A stretch of DNA of 64,000 nt, taken from assembly GCA_034668585.1 (NCBI GenBank), contig JAXDPB010000007.1, positions 19,051-83,050 of the forward strand. Direction: 5' to 3'. The notes beneath the pieces are model-generated. The model was given only the letters and a program-made list of their open reading frames with translations. It had not been told where the DNA came from and ran no database searches. Of this stretch, positions 1-9,986 are shown piece by piece; the first letter of the stretch is position 1; each line of letters opens with the position of its first letter. Origin of the DNA: Sphingomonadales bacterium (GTDB lineage: Bacteria > Pseudomonadota > Alphaproteobacteria > Sphingomonadales > Sphingomonadaceae). Made by a program: the position numbers and the translations under genes.

Positions 1-2
1 CG

Positions 3-449
3 GCCGGGCTGGCGGAGATTTCCGGCGTCTACAGCCGGCTGGCGGCGCTCGAGATGCTGATGTTCCCGCTGCCGCCGCCCGGCGGCGGGCTAGTGGGATC
101 GGTCTCGTCCGCCCTCGGAATCACCGCGGCCGCGCCGTCGCGATCGGTGCCCGCCGGCGATCTGCCGCTGGTGCTCTTCGTATGGGGTCCCGGCCGCATA
201 GTACCGGTGCGGGTGACCAGCTTCACGGTCACCGAGAAGCTCTACGATTCGCTGCTGCTCAATCCGACCCACGCCGAGGCCCAGATCGGGCTGCGCGTGC
301 TCGCCTATAACGAGCTCAGCGACCTTAACGACATCATGAAGCCGATCGCCCAGGCCGCCTCCACCTATTCGCAGAAGCTGCGCCAGGCGCTCGCCCTCGC
401 AAACCTCGCCAACGCCGCCGACTCGATGGTCGGCATGCTGCCGATCTAG
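3..449 (+). CDS. CIS tube-family / Afp7-like protein, C-terminal part (5'-truncated)
   Basis: Frame open from base 3: AGLAEISGVYSRLAALEMLMFP...PLVLFVWGPGRIVPVRVTSFTVTEKLYD...P.HAEAQIGLRVL, the motif pattern of eCIS CIS_tube-type proteins; position upstream of LysM and hub genes. Confidence 0.7.
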   Translation, partial: AGLAEISGVYSRLAALEMLMFPLPPPGGGLVGSVSSALGITAAAPSRSVPAGDLPLVLFVWGPGRIVPVRVTSFTVTEKLYDSLLLNPTHAEAQIGLRVLAYNELSDLNDIMKPIAQAASTYSQKLRQALALANLANAADSMVGMLPI

Positions 450-456
450 GAGCCCT

Positions 457-738
457 ATGTTCACCGCCAACAGCCGCTATTTCGGATTGGGAACCTACAG
501 CGTCACGCTGGCCGACGGCCGCACCGTCACGGCGACGACGCTACCGGCTTCCGAGCGCGGCGCGCTGCTCGGATATCACCCCAAGGTGGCGGGCGACCGT
601 CTCGACCTGCTCGCGGCGCGCTATCTGAAGGAGCCCACCGCTTTCTGGCGTCTGTGCGACGCCAACACCTCCTTCTCGCCGGACGCGCTGATCGCGCGCG
701 AGCTGATCGGCATTCCGTCGCAGGCGAAGAGCCGATGA
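457..738 (+). CDS. LysM-like / phage tail protein X-like small baseplate protein (93 aa)
   Basis: MF..NSRY N-terminus and GDRLDLLAARYLKEPTAFWRLCDAN...P..L.....IGIP LysM/gp53-like motif; stop overlaps next start (ATGA). Confidence 0.7.
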   Translation: MFTANSRYFGLGTYSVTLADGRTVTATTLPASERGALLGYHPKVAGDRLDLLAARYLKEPTAFWRLCDANTSFSPDALIARELIGIPSQAKSR

Positions 739-1835
739 CGAGCAGCTTCGACCTCCTTGCCGGCGGGGCCCCCGTCTCCGACTTCGACACCAGCCTGCTC
801 GATCTGGAAATCGAGGAGAATGTCGATTTGCCGGGCGCGTTCCGAATGACCTTGCCGGTCAGGGTGTCGGCGACGAGCGATTACGACACCCCCTCGGATC
901 CGCGCTTCGGCCCGCTTGCGAACATCGCCGTGACCGCCCAGGCCGCGGACGGCCAGGCCCATTGCCTGATCGACGGCTACGTCCTCGCTCACGACCTCCA
1001 CCTCGATACCGCCGCCGCCGCCAGCACGGTCAAGATCAGCGGCCAGGACGCGAGCTGGCTGATGAACATGACCGAGACGGTGCGCGAATGGCCCGACGTC
1101 ACCGACGGCGCCGCCGCCAACACGATCTTCGGCGATTACGGCTTCACTCCGGACCCGAAGAATCTTGACGACGATTCCCCGGCCCATACCGCCGATACCG
1201 CCAGCCTGATGCAGCGCGCGAGCGACGCGCAATTCCTGCGCGACCTCGCCCGCCGCGGCGGCAAGCTGTTCCGAGTCTTCTGCACCGACACGCCGGGCGT
1301 GAGGATCGGCGCGTTCGTGACTCCCTCGCTCGACGGCGAACCGGCCGTCACCCTGATCCTCAATCCCGCCGATGCCGCCAATGTCGGGCCGCTCGATATC
1401 AGCTGGGACGTGATGCGGCCGAGCAGCGTCGTCGCCCAGCAATTGCTGGTCAGCGACGACAGCGGCGAAGCGGCCGGCGGCGAGACGACGACGTCGGGCC
1501 TGGCCACGCTGGACAGCCAGGATCTCGCCGCCTTCGCCGGCCAGCCGGTCAAGGCGCTGCTGACGACCCAGGCCGCCGACGCGGGCACGGTGACGCAGCG
1601 CGCCCAGTCGCTGTTGCGCGATTCCGGCTGGTTCGTCCGGTGCGAGGGAACGACCGATGCCGGGCGCCTGGGCGCGATCCTGCGTGCCGGCACGGTGGCT
1701 CAGATCGAAGCGGCCGGGTCGCTCCATTCGGGCAAATATCTCGTCTGGAGCGTTCGACACCACATCACCGCCAACGCGCACGAGATGAAGTTCGTGCTGA
1801 TGCGCAACGCGGTCGGCACGTCGGGGGGGCTGTGA
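735..1835 (+). CDS. Phage late-control D (gpD/gp27-like) hub protein
   Basis: ATG at 735 coupled to previous stop; motifs SGQDASWLMN, QRASDAQFLRDLARRGG, LRAGTVAQIEAAG..HSGKYLVWSVRHHI typical of gpD-like hubs. Confidence 0.75.
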   Translation: MTSSFDLLAGGAPVSDFDTSLLDLEIEENVDLPGAFRMTLPVRVSATSDYDTPSDPRFGPLANIAVTAQAADGQAHCLIDGYVLAHDLHLDTAAAASTVKISGQDASWLMNMTETVREWPDVTDGAAANTIFGDYGFTPDPKNLDDDSPAHTADTASLMQRASDAQFLRDLARRGGKLFRVFCTDTPGVRIGAFVTPSLDGEPAVTLILNPADAANVGPLDISWDVMRPSSVVAQQLLVSDDSGEAAGGETTTSGLATLDSQDLAAFAGQPVKALLTTQAADAGTVTQRAQSLLRDSGWFVRCEGTTDAGRLGAILRAGTVAQIEAAGSLHSGKYLVWSVRHHITANAHEMKFVLMRNAVGTSGGL

Positions 1836-2341
1836 TGAACGACGCGCTCCTCACGGACCTGCTCGAACGGGTCAAGCACCGCTTCTACGGCAAGTATCGC
1901 GGCACCGTCACCGACGTCGAGGCGGCAACGATGCGAATCAAGGCGACCGTCCCCGCGGTGCTGGGGGACATCACCAGCGGCTGGTGCGAAGCCTGCGTCC
2001 CCTATGCCGGCCCGAGCGTCGGCTTCGTCATGCTGCCCGAGGTCGGCAGCGGAGTCTGGATCGAGTTCGAGGGCGGCGACGTCTCCTATCCGATCTGGGT
2101 CGGCGGCTATTGGCGCTCGGGCGAGGTGCCGTCGGACGCCAGCGCGACCGCCAAGGCGGTCTTCGCTCAATCGGGCATTCTCAAGCTCGACGACGACGCC
2201 GCGACGGTGTCGCTCGAGGACGCTCACGGCGACAGCCTGACACTCACCGAAGGCGTCGCGACGATCAAATCGGACATGGGCAAGATCGTCGCCGACTCGT
2301 CGGGCGTCACCCTCAACGACAGCTCGCTGGTGGTGACCTGA
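1835..2341 (+). CDS. Baseplate assembly protein V / gp5 OB-fold spike protein (168 aa)
   Basis: RFYGKYRGTVTDV, RIKATVPAV, W...CVPYAG...GF..LPEVGSGVWIEFEGGD.SYPIWVG.YW motifs; TGATG coupling. Confidence 0.85.
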   Translation: MNDALLTDLLERVKHRFYGKYRGTVTDVEAATMRIKATVPAVLGDITSGWCEACVPYAGPSVGFVMLPEVGSGVWIEFEGGDVSYPIWVGGYWRSGEVPSDASATAKAVFAQSGILKLDDDAATVSLEDAHGDSLTLTEGVATIKSDMGKIVADSSGVTLNDSSLVVT

Positions 2342-2661
2342 TGCCCGCTTTGCTGACCACCGCGAGCACCCTGATGTGCCCCCATGGCGGCACGGTCACC
2401 GGAACGCCCGGGGCGACGAGCGTCAGCGCCGACGCCGCGATCCTGCGCGCGAGCGACAGCTTCAGCATCGCCGGATGCGCGTTCAACGTCTCCGGCGTCG
2501 CGCAACCCTGCACCAGCGTGCAATGGGTCGTGACCGGGCAGAAGGTTTCCGCCGGCGGCGACTTCGTTCTCAACGAGGCGAGCGTCGGGCTGTGCCTGGG
2601 GCCGGCGCCCCAAGGCACGGTGAGCGTCGCCGCCACCCAGGCCAAGGTCAGCGGGCTATGA
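2341..2661 (+). CDS. PAAR-like (DUF4280-type) spike-tip protein (106 aa)
   Basis: TLMCPHGG, AGCAF, PCTSVQW, S.GLC Cys/His pattern; located between gpV-like and gp25 genes. Confidence 0.75.
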   Translation: MPALLTTASTLMCPHGGTVTGTPGATSVSADAAILRASDSFSIAGCAFNVSGVAQPCTSVQWVVTGQKVSAGGDFVLNEASVGLCLGPAPQGTVSVAATQAKVSGL

Positions 2662-3044
2662 TCCGTCACGACTTCGCCTTTCCCTTCGCGATCGACGCCG
2701 GATCGGGGCAGGCCGCGCGCGCCTCGTACCAGGATCATGTCGACCAGATGATCCGTCAGGTGCTGCTGACCGATCCGGGTGAGCGCGTCTGCCTGCCGAC
2801 CTTCGGCGCGGGCCTGCGGCGGCTGATCTTCGCGCCGATCTCGGCGCAGCTCGCCGCGACGACGGAGATGGTGGTTGCGCAGGCGCTGACGACGTGGCTC
2901 GGCGACCAGATCGTCGTTCAGAAGGTGGAGGTCGAGAGCTCCGCCGACGCTCCGGGCGAGGCGGAGGGCATCGTCACGATCACGATCGATTATACATTGA
3001 TCGAAACGCAGGGCGTGCGTCAGACCCAGGTCACGGTGCTTTGA
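2658..3044 (+). CDS. GPW/gp25 family baseplate protein (128 aa)
   Basis: FAFPF, HVDQMIRQVLLTDPGERV..PTFGAGLRRLIFAP; ATGA overlap with previous gene. Confidence 0.9.
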   Translation: MIRHDFAFPFAIDAGSGQAARASYQDHVDQMIRQVLLTDPGERVCLPTFGAGLRRLIFAPISAQLAATTEMVVAQALTTWLGDQIVVQKVEVESSADAPGEAEGIVTITIDYTLIETQGVRQTQVTVL

Positions 3045-3045
3045 C

Positions 3046-5421
3046 ATGGTAGCCGCCAGAGACCGCCTCGGCGCGCTGATCGCCTCGACCACCCTCAACG
3101 GCATCGACTTCGTCGTGGTCGACGCGGTCGACCGCCGCAAGCTCTTCGTCCATTTCGTGAACGCGACGATCGTCAAGGGCGCGGCGATCAGCGCGACCAT
3201 CACCGGCGGCGACAGCCTTCCGACGATCCCGGTCGCGCCGATCGCGCCGGGCGACTGGGCGCTCGACCCGGAGGGCCGGCCGCTGCTCACCCTGCACGCG
3301 GCGCTCGAAGGCGATTTCTCGACCTACTGGCTCACGCTGGCGATCCCCGCGGCCGACCCGCAGCTGCTCGACATCGCCTTCGCGAGCAGCCCATTTTCGT
3401 TCAAGGCCAATTGCCCGAGCGATTTCGACTGCGCTCCGCCCGCGCCGGACTGCCCGCCCGACGATACCGTCGTCCCGCCGATCGACTATCTCGCCAAGGA
3501 CTATTCGAGCTTCCGGCGGGCGCTGCTCGATTTCTCCGCCTTGCGCTACCCCGGCTGGGTCGAGCGCTCCGAAGCGGATTTCGGAATCATGTTCGCCGAG
3601 GTCCTTTCGGCCATGGGCGACGACCTCAGCTATTTGCAGGATCGAGTCGCCGCCGAGGCGATGCTCGAGACCGCGACTCAGCGCCGCGCGCTGACCAGCC
3701 TGGCGCGGCTGGTCGATTATGAGCCGCGGCCGGCGACGAGCGCGACGACGTGGCTGCAGCTGACCGTGAGCACGGCCGGCGCGGTCGCGCCGGGCCTGCA
3801 AATTCTCGCCGCGGCCCCCGACGGCGGTCAGATCCCGTTCGAGGTCGGCACCGGGCTCGCCGACACGGTTGCGAGGCCGGTTTCGAACCTCTGGAACCAC
3901 GGCATCCTTCCTTATTGGTTCGACGACGAGGAACAGTGCCTGGCCGAAGGCTCGACCAGCCTGTGGGTCGACGGCGATGGCTTCGGCTTCCAGGAGGGGC
4001 AGGCGATCCTCATCCAGACCGACCTGCCCGGCGACAGCCAGAGGCGGCTGGTCCACCTCGTCGCGGTCGCGGGGATCGTCGGCTTCGAGGCGATCGACCC
4101 CCTGTTCGGCAATGCGCCGATCACCCGCATCCAGTGGCGCACCGACGAGGCGCTGGACCGGGCGATCGACCTGACGCGCACGACGATCGGCGGAAACATC
4201 GTCAGAGCCACGCAGGGCGCGCGAGTCTCCGAGACCTTTGCGATCGGGGCCGCCCCGCCGAGCGCGCCCGGCGCGATTCTGGCGATCGCCCGGCGAGGCC
4301 CGAATGGCGACGAGAAGAGTCCGAACTGGGTGCATCGCTATCCGCTCGGCCGCGATCCGCTCGCCTGGCTGGCGCCCGCCGACCGGGAGAGCGCCCCGAC
4401 GCCCGAGATCGTGCTCGCGCAGATTTTCCCGGCGGCTCGGACCTGGGCGTTCACGCCGAGCCTGTTGCAGGCGGAGTCGACCGACCTCGCCGTCACGGTC
4501 GATCCGGTCGCCTGGCGCGCGGTCGGCTTCACGGCCGCGGGCGCGCCGACGCATTACGACCTGGATGGCGACGCCGGCTCGACCCTGCGCTTCGGCGACG
4601 GGATATTCGGCGCCGCGCCGGCCGACGAGGATCTGTTCACGGCCGCCTATCGGGTCGGGGTCGGCGCGGCGGGCAATGTCGCGGAGGACACGATCGTCCG
4701 AGTCGACCGATCGGCGCCGGGCCTCGTCACCGCCGCCCGCAATCCATTTGCGGTCACCGACGGCGCCGATGCGGAGACTCGCGACCAGATCGTCCGGCGC
4801 GCGCCGCAGGCTTTCCGGGCCAGGCAATTTCGAGCGGTGCGTCCCGAGGATTATCAGGCTGAGGCCGAGCGTCTGAGCTGGGTGCAGAAGGCCGGGACGT
4901 CCTTCCGCTGGACCGGCAGCTGGCTGACGGTCTTCACCGCCGTCGATCCCAGGGGCGCCGAACAAATCAGCATGACGCGGGAGCTCGAGCTGGTCGAGCT
5001 TTTGAACCGGCGACGACTCGCCGGCTACGAATCCTACGCTCCGCCGCCCGATTATCTCTCGCTCGACCTGAAGATCGAGGTCTGCGCCCGACCGGGCTGG
5101 CTCGACGGCGACGTCGAGGCCGCCGTGCTCGCGCGGCTCGGCAGCCCCGGCCGCGACGACAAGGCGGACGACTTCTTCTTCGCCGACCGCTTCACCTTCG
5201 GCTCGCCGCTCTATCGCAGCCGGCTGGAGGCCGCGATCCAGGAAATTCCGGGCGTGCTCGGAGTCCGCGGCATTACATACCGCCAGCGCGGAAGCTTCGC
5301 CGGCTTCGTCGACCTGCCCGCGGCCGTGACGCCCTCCACCCGCCAGATCCTGCGCATCGACAACGATCCCAGCTGGCCCGAGCGCGGCACCATCCGAGTG
5401 ACCGTGGAGGGCGGACGATGA
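3046..5421 (+). CDS. Baseplate J-like wedge protein 1 (Afp11-like, 791 aa)
   Basis: IDYLAKDYSSFRRALLD, D.LSYLQDRVAAEA.LETATQRR, LRFGDG.FG..P, Y..G.G.AGNV, RAVRPEDY motifs. Confidence 0.85.
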   Translation: MVAARDRLGALIASTTLNGIDFVVVDAVDRRKLFVHFVNATIVKGAAISATITGGDSLPTIPVAPIAPGDWALDPEGRPLLTLHAALEGDFSTYWLTLAIPAADPQLLDIAFASSPFSFKANCPSDFDCAPPAPDCPPDDTVVPPIDYLAKDYSSFRRALLDFSALRYPGWVERSEADFGIMFAEVLSAMGDDLSYLQDRVAAEAMLETATQRRALTSLARLVDYEPRPATSATTWLQLTVSTAGAVAPGLQILAAAPDGGQIPFEVGTGLADTVARPVSNLWNHGILPYWFDDEEQCLAEGSTSLWVDGDGFGFQEGQAILIQTDLPGDSQRRLVHLVAVAGIVGFEAIDPLFGNAPITRIQWRTDEALDRAIDLTRTTIGGNIVRATQGARVSETFAIGAAPPSAPGAILAIARRGPNGDEKSPNWVHRYPLGRDPLAWLAPADRESAPTPEIVLAQIFPAARTWAFTPSLLQAESTDLAVTVDPVAWRAVGFTAAGAPTHYDLDGDAGSTLRFGDGIFGAAPADEDLFTAAYRVGVGAAGNVAEDTIVRVDRSAPGLVTAARNPFAVTDGADAETRDQIVRRAPQAFRARQFRAVRPEDYQAEAERLSWVQKAGTSFRWTGSWLTVFTAVDPRGAEQISMTRELELVELLNRRRLAGYESYAPPPDYLSLDLKIEVCARPGWLDGDVEAAVLARLGSPGRDDKADDFFFADRFTFGSPLYRSRLEAAIQEIPGVLGVRGITYRQRGSFAGFVDLPAAVTPSTRQILRIDNDPSWPERGTIRVTVEGGR

Positions 5422-7868
5422 ACTTTCCGATCTGTCCCTGCGACGACCATGTCCCGCGCGTCCCGGTGAACCCGCCGCAGCAGGAAACGCTCCAGTTCCG
5501 CTTCGGCGACTATGCGCAATTCCGCCGCGCGGTGCTTAAGCCGGTCGACGGCGAGGTCTCGATTGCGGCGTGGCGCACCCAGGGCGAGGGCGACCTGGCC
5601 GTGATGATGGCCGAGTGGTTCGCCTATATCGCCGACATCCTCACTTTCTATGACGAGCGGATCGCCAATCAATCCTATCTGCGCACCGCCGATCTCGACG
5701 CGAGCGTCAGGCGGCTGATCCAGATCCTCGGCCACCGGCCGCGCCCGGCGATCGGCGCGACCGGGCTGGTCGCCGCCCTGGTCACTCGCGGCCAGAGCGC
5801 GGTGCTGCCGAGCGGCCTTCAGTTCCAGAGCAAGCCGGGGCCCGGGCAGCCGCCGCAGATCTTCGAGCTGCTCGAAGATACGCCGATCGCCGCACCGGAC
5901 CTGGTCTCCGCGAAGGCGCCGCCGGTGCTGCTCTCGCCGATAGCCCGGTTCCGGTTCGCGAATTTGAGCGTCGGACTCGAATTCGCCGCGCCGCAGCGCG
6001 CTCTTCCCATCGCGACGGCGATGCGCACTTATTCCCTCATGAGCGGCCCGACCACGGGCGCGAATTACGGAGTGCTGCTGCTCGGCGCGGTGACCTCGGT
6101 CGATCCGGGAGACCAGCTGCTGCTCCGGGTCCGCGACTCCAGCAAGGGGGGTCCGTACCTCGCGACGGTGACGCAGGCGGTGGTGCAGCCGGCCCCGGGC
6201 GGCGGCAAGCAGACCGCCCTGGCCCTCCAGGTCGCCGACAATTCGGCGCACCCTCTGACGACGGCGCTGGCGAGCACGCTCGACGCGGCCGGAGCGGCGC
6301 TCGACAAGCCGGTCCAGTCCATCAGCGTCTGGAACCTCTACGGCGGCCAGGTCAGCGGCGCGACCGTGCATTTGTCGAGCCTCGCCCGGCAGATCCGACC
6401 CCAGGACTGGATCCTGTTCACCGCGCCCGGCTGGTCGTTCCTCGCCCAGGTGAAGACGACCGCCGACGTGATCCTCGATGCAAAGGCGGCTCCCGACGCG
6501 AACCACCCTCTGCCGATCCCGCACACCCTGCTGACGCTGCAGGCGGCGCCGTCGAGCTGGCCGTACGACAAGGGATCGATCACGGTGCGCTTCGACTGGA
6601 TCGGAGCCGGCCGGCTGATCGACCAGCCGCCGGGCCGGTGGAGCGGCACTCCGAGCGCCCTGGTCGCGGCCTCGGCCACGCACTTCCGAGCCGCGCCGGC
6701 CTCGCCGGTCCTGCTGGAGGACCGGAACGGCGTCGGAGCGATCGCCTCGGCGGCCTCCGCGGGCGATCTCAACGTGCAGCTGAGCGACCTCCCGAACCCG
6801 GTGCCCAGCCTCGCCTTGCCGATCGACCTCTATTACAACCTGCTCAAGGTGACGCGCGGCAAAACCGTCGCCAACGAGATATTGGGCAGCGGCGACGCGA
6901 CCCGGCCCAACCAGAGCTTCACCCTCTCGCAATCGCCCGTCACCTGGCTCCAGCGCGGCGCCGATGCGGCGAGCACGATCGCCTTGCGGGTCGACGGCCA
7001 GCCCTGGACCGAGGTCGCGAGCTTCTACGGCCAGCCGCCCGACGCCCAAATCTTCGTCACCCGCGAGGATGTGGAGGGCCGCACGCACGTCGATTTCGGC
7101 GACGGTATCGAGGGGGGACGGCTGCCGAGCGGGGTCAATAACGTCGTGGCGGACTATCGCGTCGGCGCCGGCGCGAGCAGCCCGGACGCGGGCAAGCTGA
7201 CGGTGATCGCGCAGCCCTTCCCGGGGCTTCGAGCGCTGCGCAATCCGGTCCCGGTCGGCGGCGGCGCCGATGCCGAGCCGGCCAGCCGGATCCGCCGCTA
7301 TGCGCCGCGATCGGTGCTGACCTTCGGGCGAGCGGTTTCGGTGTTCGATTACGAGGCGCTGGCCGCGCAGGCGCCCGGAGTGACCCGGGCGCGCGCCAGC
7401 TGGTCCTGGAGCGACGTCCTCCAGCGAGCGGCGGTGGTCGTCTATGTCGGCGACGACGTCGCTGCGGCGGATTCGGCCCGCGCCACGCTGCGGGCGGCCG
7501 GCGATTCCAACCGCCCGGTGCGGGTCGAGCAGGCGATTCAGACGAAGATAGAGCTGACCCTGACCCTCCTCGTCGAGGCGGGCTGGGACGAGGAGATGAT
7601 CGCGGCGCAGGTGACGGCGGCGCTGGTCGACCCCGAGCAAGGTCTGTTCAGCGCCGATCGGATGCCGATCGGGCAAAGCCTGTTCGACAGCCAGATCGAG
7701 GAGGCGGTGCTCGCCGTCGCCGGCACCGTCGCGATCAAGGCCTCGAGCCTCGCTATCGGCGGCGCCACGAGAGCAGGCCCGCTGCACAATGCCGGCGAGG
7801 GCGGGTTCTTCACCTTGGACCCGCTCGACCTCTCCCTCATTCTGCAGGCGGATTCCCATGGCGGATGA
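5418..7868 (+). CDS. Baseplate J-like wedge protein 2 (816 aa)
   Basis: DILTFYDERIANQSYLRTA, EILGSGDA...NQSFTL, FGDGIEGGRLPSG.NNV.A.YRVGAG, RAVSVFDYEALA motifs; ATGA overlap. Confidence 0.85.
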   Translation: MNFPICPCDDHVPRVPVNPPQQETLQFRFGDYAQFRRAVLKPVDGEVSIAAWRTQGEGDLAVMMAEWFAYIADILTFYDERIANQSYLRTADLDASVRRLIQILGHRPRPAIGATGLVAALVTRGQSAVLPSGLQFQSKPGPGQPPQIFELLEDTPIAAPDLVSAKAPPVLLSPIARFRFANLSVGLEFAAPQRALPIATAMRTYSLMSGPTTGANYGVLLLGAVTSVDPGDQLLLRVRDSSKGGPYLATVTQAVVQPAPGGGKQTALALQVADNSAHPLTTALASTLDAAGAALDKPVQSISVWNLYGGQVSGATVHLSSLARQIRPQDWILFTAPGWSFLAQVKTTADVILDAKAAPDANHPLPIPHTLLTLQAAPSSWPYDKGSITVRFDWIGAGRLIDQPPGRWSGTPSALVAASATHFRAAPASPVLLEDRNGVGAIASAASAGDLNVQLSDLPNPVPSLALPIDLYYNLLKVTRGKTVANEILGSGDATRPNQSFTLSQSPVTWLQRGADAASTIALRVDGQPWTEVASFYGQPPDAQIFVTREDVEGRTHVDFGDGIEGGRLPSGVNNVVADYRVGAGASSPDAGKLTVIAQPFPGLRALRNPVPVGGGADAEPASRIRRYAPRSVLTFGRAVSVFDYEALAAQAPGVTRARASWSWSDVLQRAAVVVYVGDDVAAADSARATLRAAGDSNRPVRVEQAIQTKIELTLTLLVEAGWDEEMIAAQVTAALVDPEQGLFSADRMPIGQSLFDSQIEEAVLAVAGTVAIKASSLAIGGATRAGPLHNAGEGGFFTLDPLDLSLILQADSHGG

Positions 7869-9969
7869 CGGCTACGTCGCATGGCATCAGGCCAAGATGT
7901 GGAACCTGCTTCCGGCATTGTACCGGACGCTGGACATGCCGGAGGGCTCGGGCCCCCTGCGCGAGATCATCGACCGGATCGGCGGCGAGTTCGCCAATCT
8001 TCGGCGCGGCATCGACCGCCTGTACGACAATCAGTCGATCGAGACCTGCGACGATTGGGTGGTGCCCTATATCGGCGACCTGCTGGCGACGCGGCTGGTC
8101 TCGTGCCTCGATGCGCGCGCTCAGCGAGTCGACGTCGCCAAGACCATCTATTACCGGCGGCGAAGCGGCACGCTCGGCCTGCTCGAGGAGCTCGCCGCCG
8201 ATATTGCGGGGCGCGACGCGCGCGCGGTCGAATTCTTCCGGAGGCTCGGGCGGACTCGGCACCAGTTCGATCCCGCCATCGGGCCGGTGCCCACCTATGA
8301 GCCCGGCCGCGCGCCCGGATCGGCGGTGATCGAGGGGCTGGCCGGCGCGATCTCGGGGACCCCGGCCGGAGGCTATGCCGATCTGCGCAACAATTATGCC
8401 GCCCACGGCAGCGCGGGCGCGTTCGACGAATTCGCGCATGTCGCCGATCTGCGCCGCGGCCGCCAGTCCGCCGGCTGGCACAATATCTCGCATCTCGGAG
8501 TGTTCATCTGGTGGCTGTACAGCTTCCCGATCACAGCCGCGACGCCGGTCAGCAACGGCGCGACGCCCCCCTGCTTCAGCTTCGATCCGTCGGGCCGGCG
8601 CATCCCGCTGTTCGCGCGCTCGGACCGGATCGACGATTCGAAGATCACCGGCTTCGGCGAGGACTGGATCGCGCCCGACGAATGGGGCTTGCCGGTGCCG
8701 GTGCGCGAGACCCTGTGGGCGGCCTACCCCGACGAGCTCTACCCCGTCTCCTACTCCGTGGATCTCGCGGGCGGCGTAACCCCGACGCCGCGGCCGCGCG
8801 CCGAGGTTCGAATCCACCCCGAAACGGGCGTCTTCAGCTTCGCGGATCCCACCGACACGACCTCGCCGGTCGTCGACTACCATTTCGGCTTTTCCTCGCG
8901 GATAGGCGCGGGCGGGTATGACGAGCGCGTGCTGGCGGCGCTCGACCCGCCACCGATCGCCGCGTCGGTCAGCGGAGGCTCGGGGCTCGGCGCGGCGCTG
9001 GCCGCGATCGGCGGAACCGCGACGGTCGAGATCGCCGATTCGCTGACCTACCAGGGGATCGGCGCGACGCTCACATTGCCGGTTCCCCCCGCCCCGCCGA
9101 CGCCCGGGATGGTGATGGTCCGCGCCCGCAACCAGGCCCGAGCGATGATCCGCTGGGGCGGCGGGGCCAGCTGGAAGATTGTCGGGCGAGGCGGCAGCCT
9201 GGTTCTGCAGGGGCTGTGGCTGCAGGGCGCCGACATCGTGCTGGCGGGCACCTTCGACAGCGTCCAGCTGCGCCTGATGACGCTCGACCCGGGCACGGAA
9301 GGACTGGGCGGAGCCTTTTTCGACAAGGCGATCGACGGGATGAAGCTCGCCCCGACGACGCTCTGGATCGAGGGCGCGGTTCAGGAGCTGGCGCTCGAGC
9401 GCTGCATCACCGGGCCGATCCGCGCACGCGGCGCCGGCTTCGTGGAACAGCTGATTGCGCGCGACAGCATCATCCAGGCCATCCCGACCCATGCCCCTAC
9501 CTCCGCCGCGCCCCCCGACCCGGCCCTGGAGGGAATAAGCGGAAATGTCGCGCTCACGCGCTGCACCGTGCTGGGGCCGATCGCCGTCCACCGACTGAGC
9601 GCGACCGAATGCATTCTCGACGAGCAGGCGATGGTCGAGGATATCCAGCATGGCTGCATCCGCTTCAGCGCCTATGCCGCCGGCAGCGTGCTCCACGCGC
9701 CCTATCGATCGGTGAAGGTGCCCCCGCACGGCCCGCTGTTTCGAAGCCGCCGGTTCGGCGACCCCGATTATGCGCGCCTCTACCGGCTCGCCGACGCCGC
9801 GATCGTCAATCCGGAGCTCGGCGACACCATCCTCGGCGGCGCCGAGAACGAGTCGGAGATGGGCGCCTTCAAGAGCGAGAACATACCGCTGCGCAAGCGC
9901 GGCCTGGCGGCGAAATACGAGGAATATGCACCCCTTGGCATCTATCCGGTGTGGATCGATGCCGACTAA
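7858..9969 (+). CDS. P2 gpI-like phage tail / baseplate protein (703 aa)
   Basis: Start MADD at 7858; WNLLPALYR..D, LYDNQSIETCDDWVVPYIGDLL, DVAKTIYYRRRSGT, C-terminal FRSRRFGDPDYARL and SEMGAF motifs. Confidence 0.75.
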   Translation: MADDGYVAWHQAKMWNLLPALYRTLDMPEGSGPLREIIDRIGGEFANLRRGIDRLYDNQSIETCDDWVVPYIGDLLATRLVSCLDARAQRVDVAKTIYYRRRSGTLGLLEELAADIAGRDARAVEFFRRLGRTRHQFDPAIGPVPTYEPGRAPGSAVIEGLAGAISGTPAGGYADLRNNYAAHGSAGAFDEFAHVADLRRGRQSAGWHNISHLGVFIWWLYSFPITAATPVSNGATPPCFSFDPSGRRIPLFARSDRIDDSKITGFGEDWIAPDEWGLPVPVRETLWAAYPDELYPVSYSVDLAGGVTPTPRPRAEVRIHPETGVFSFADPTDTTSPVVDYHFGFSSRIGAGGYDERVLAALDPPPIAASVSGGSGLGAALAAIGGTATVEIADSLTYQGIGATLTLPVPPAPPTPGMVMVRARNQARAMIRWGGGASWKIVGRGGSLVLQGLWLQGADIVLAGTFDSVQLRLMTLDPGTEGLGGAFFDKAIDGMKLAPTTLWIEGAVQELALERCITGPIRARGAGFVEQLIARDSIIQAIPTHAPTSAAPPDPALEGISGNVALTRCTVLGPIAVHRLSATECILDEQAMVEDIQHGCIRFSAYAAGSVLHAPYRSVKVPPHGPLFRSRRFGDPDYARLYRLADAAIVNPELGDTILGGAENESEMGAFKSENIPLRKRGLAAKYEEYAPLGIYPVWIDAD

Positions 9970-9986
9970 CATCGAGGATCTTGGCC

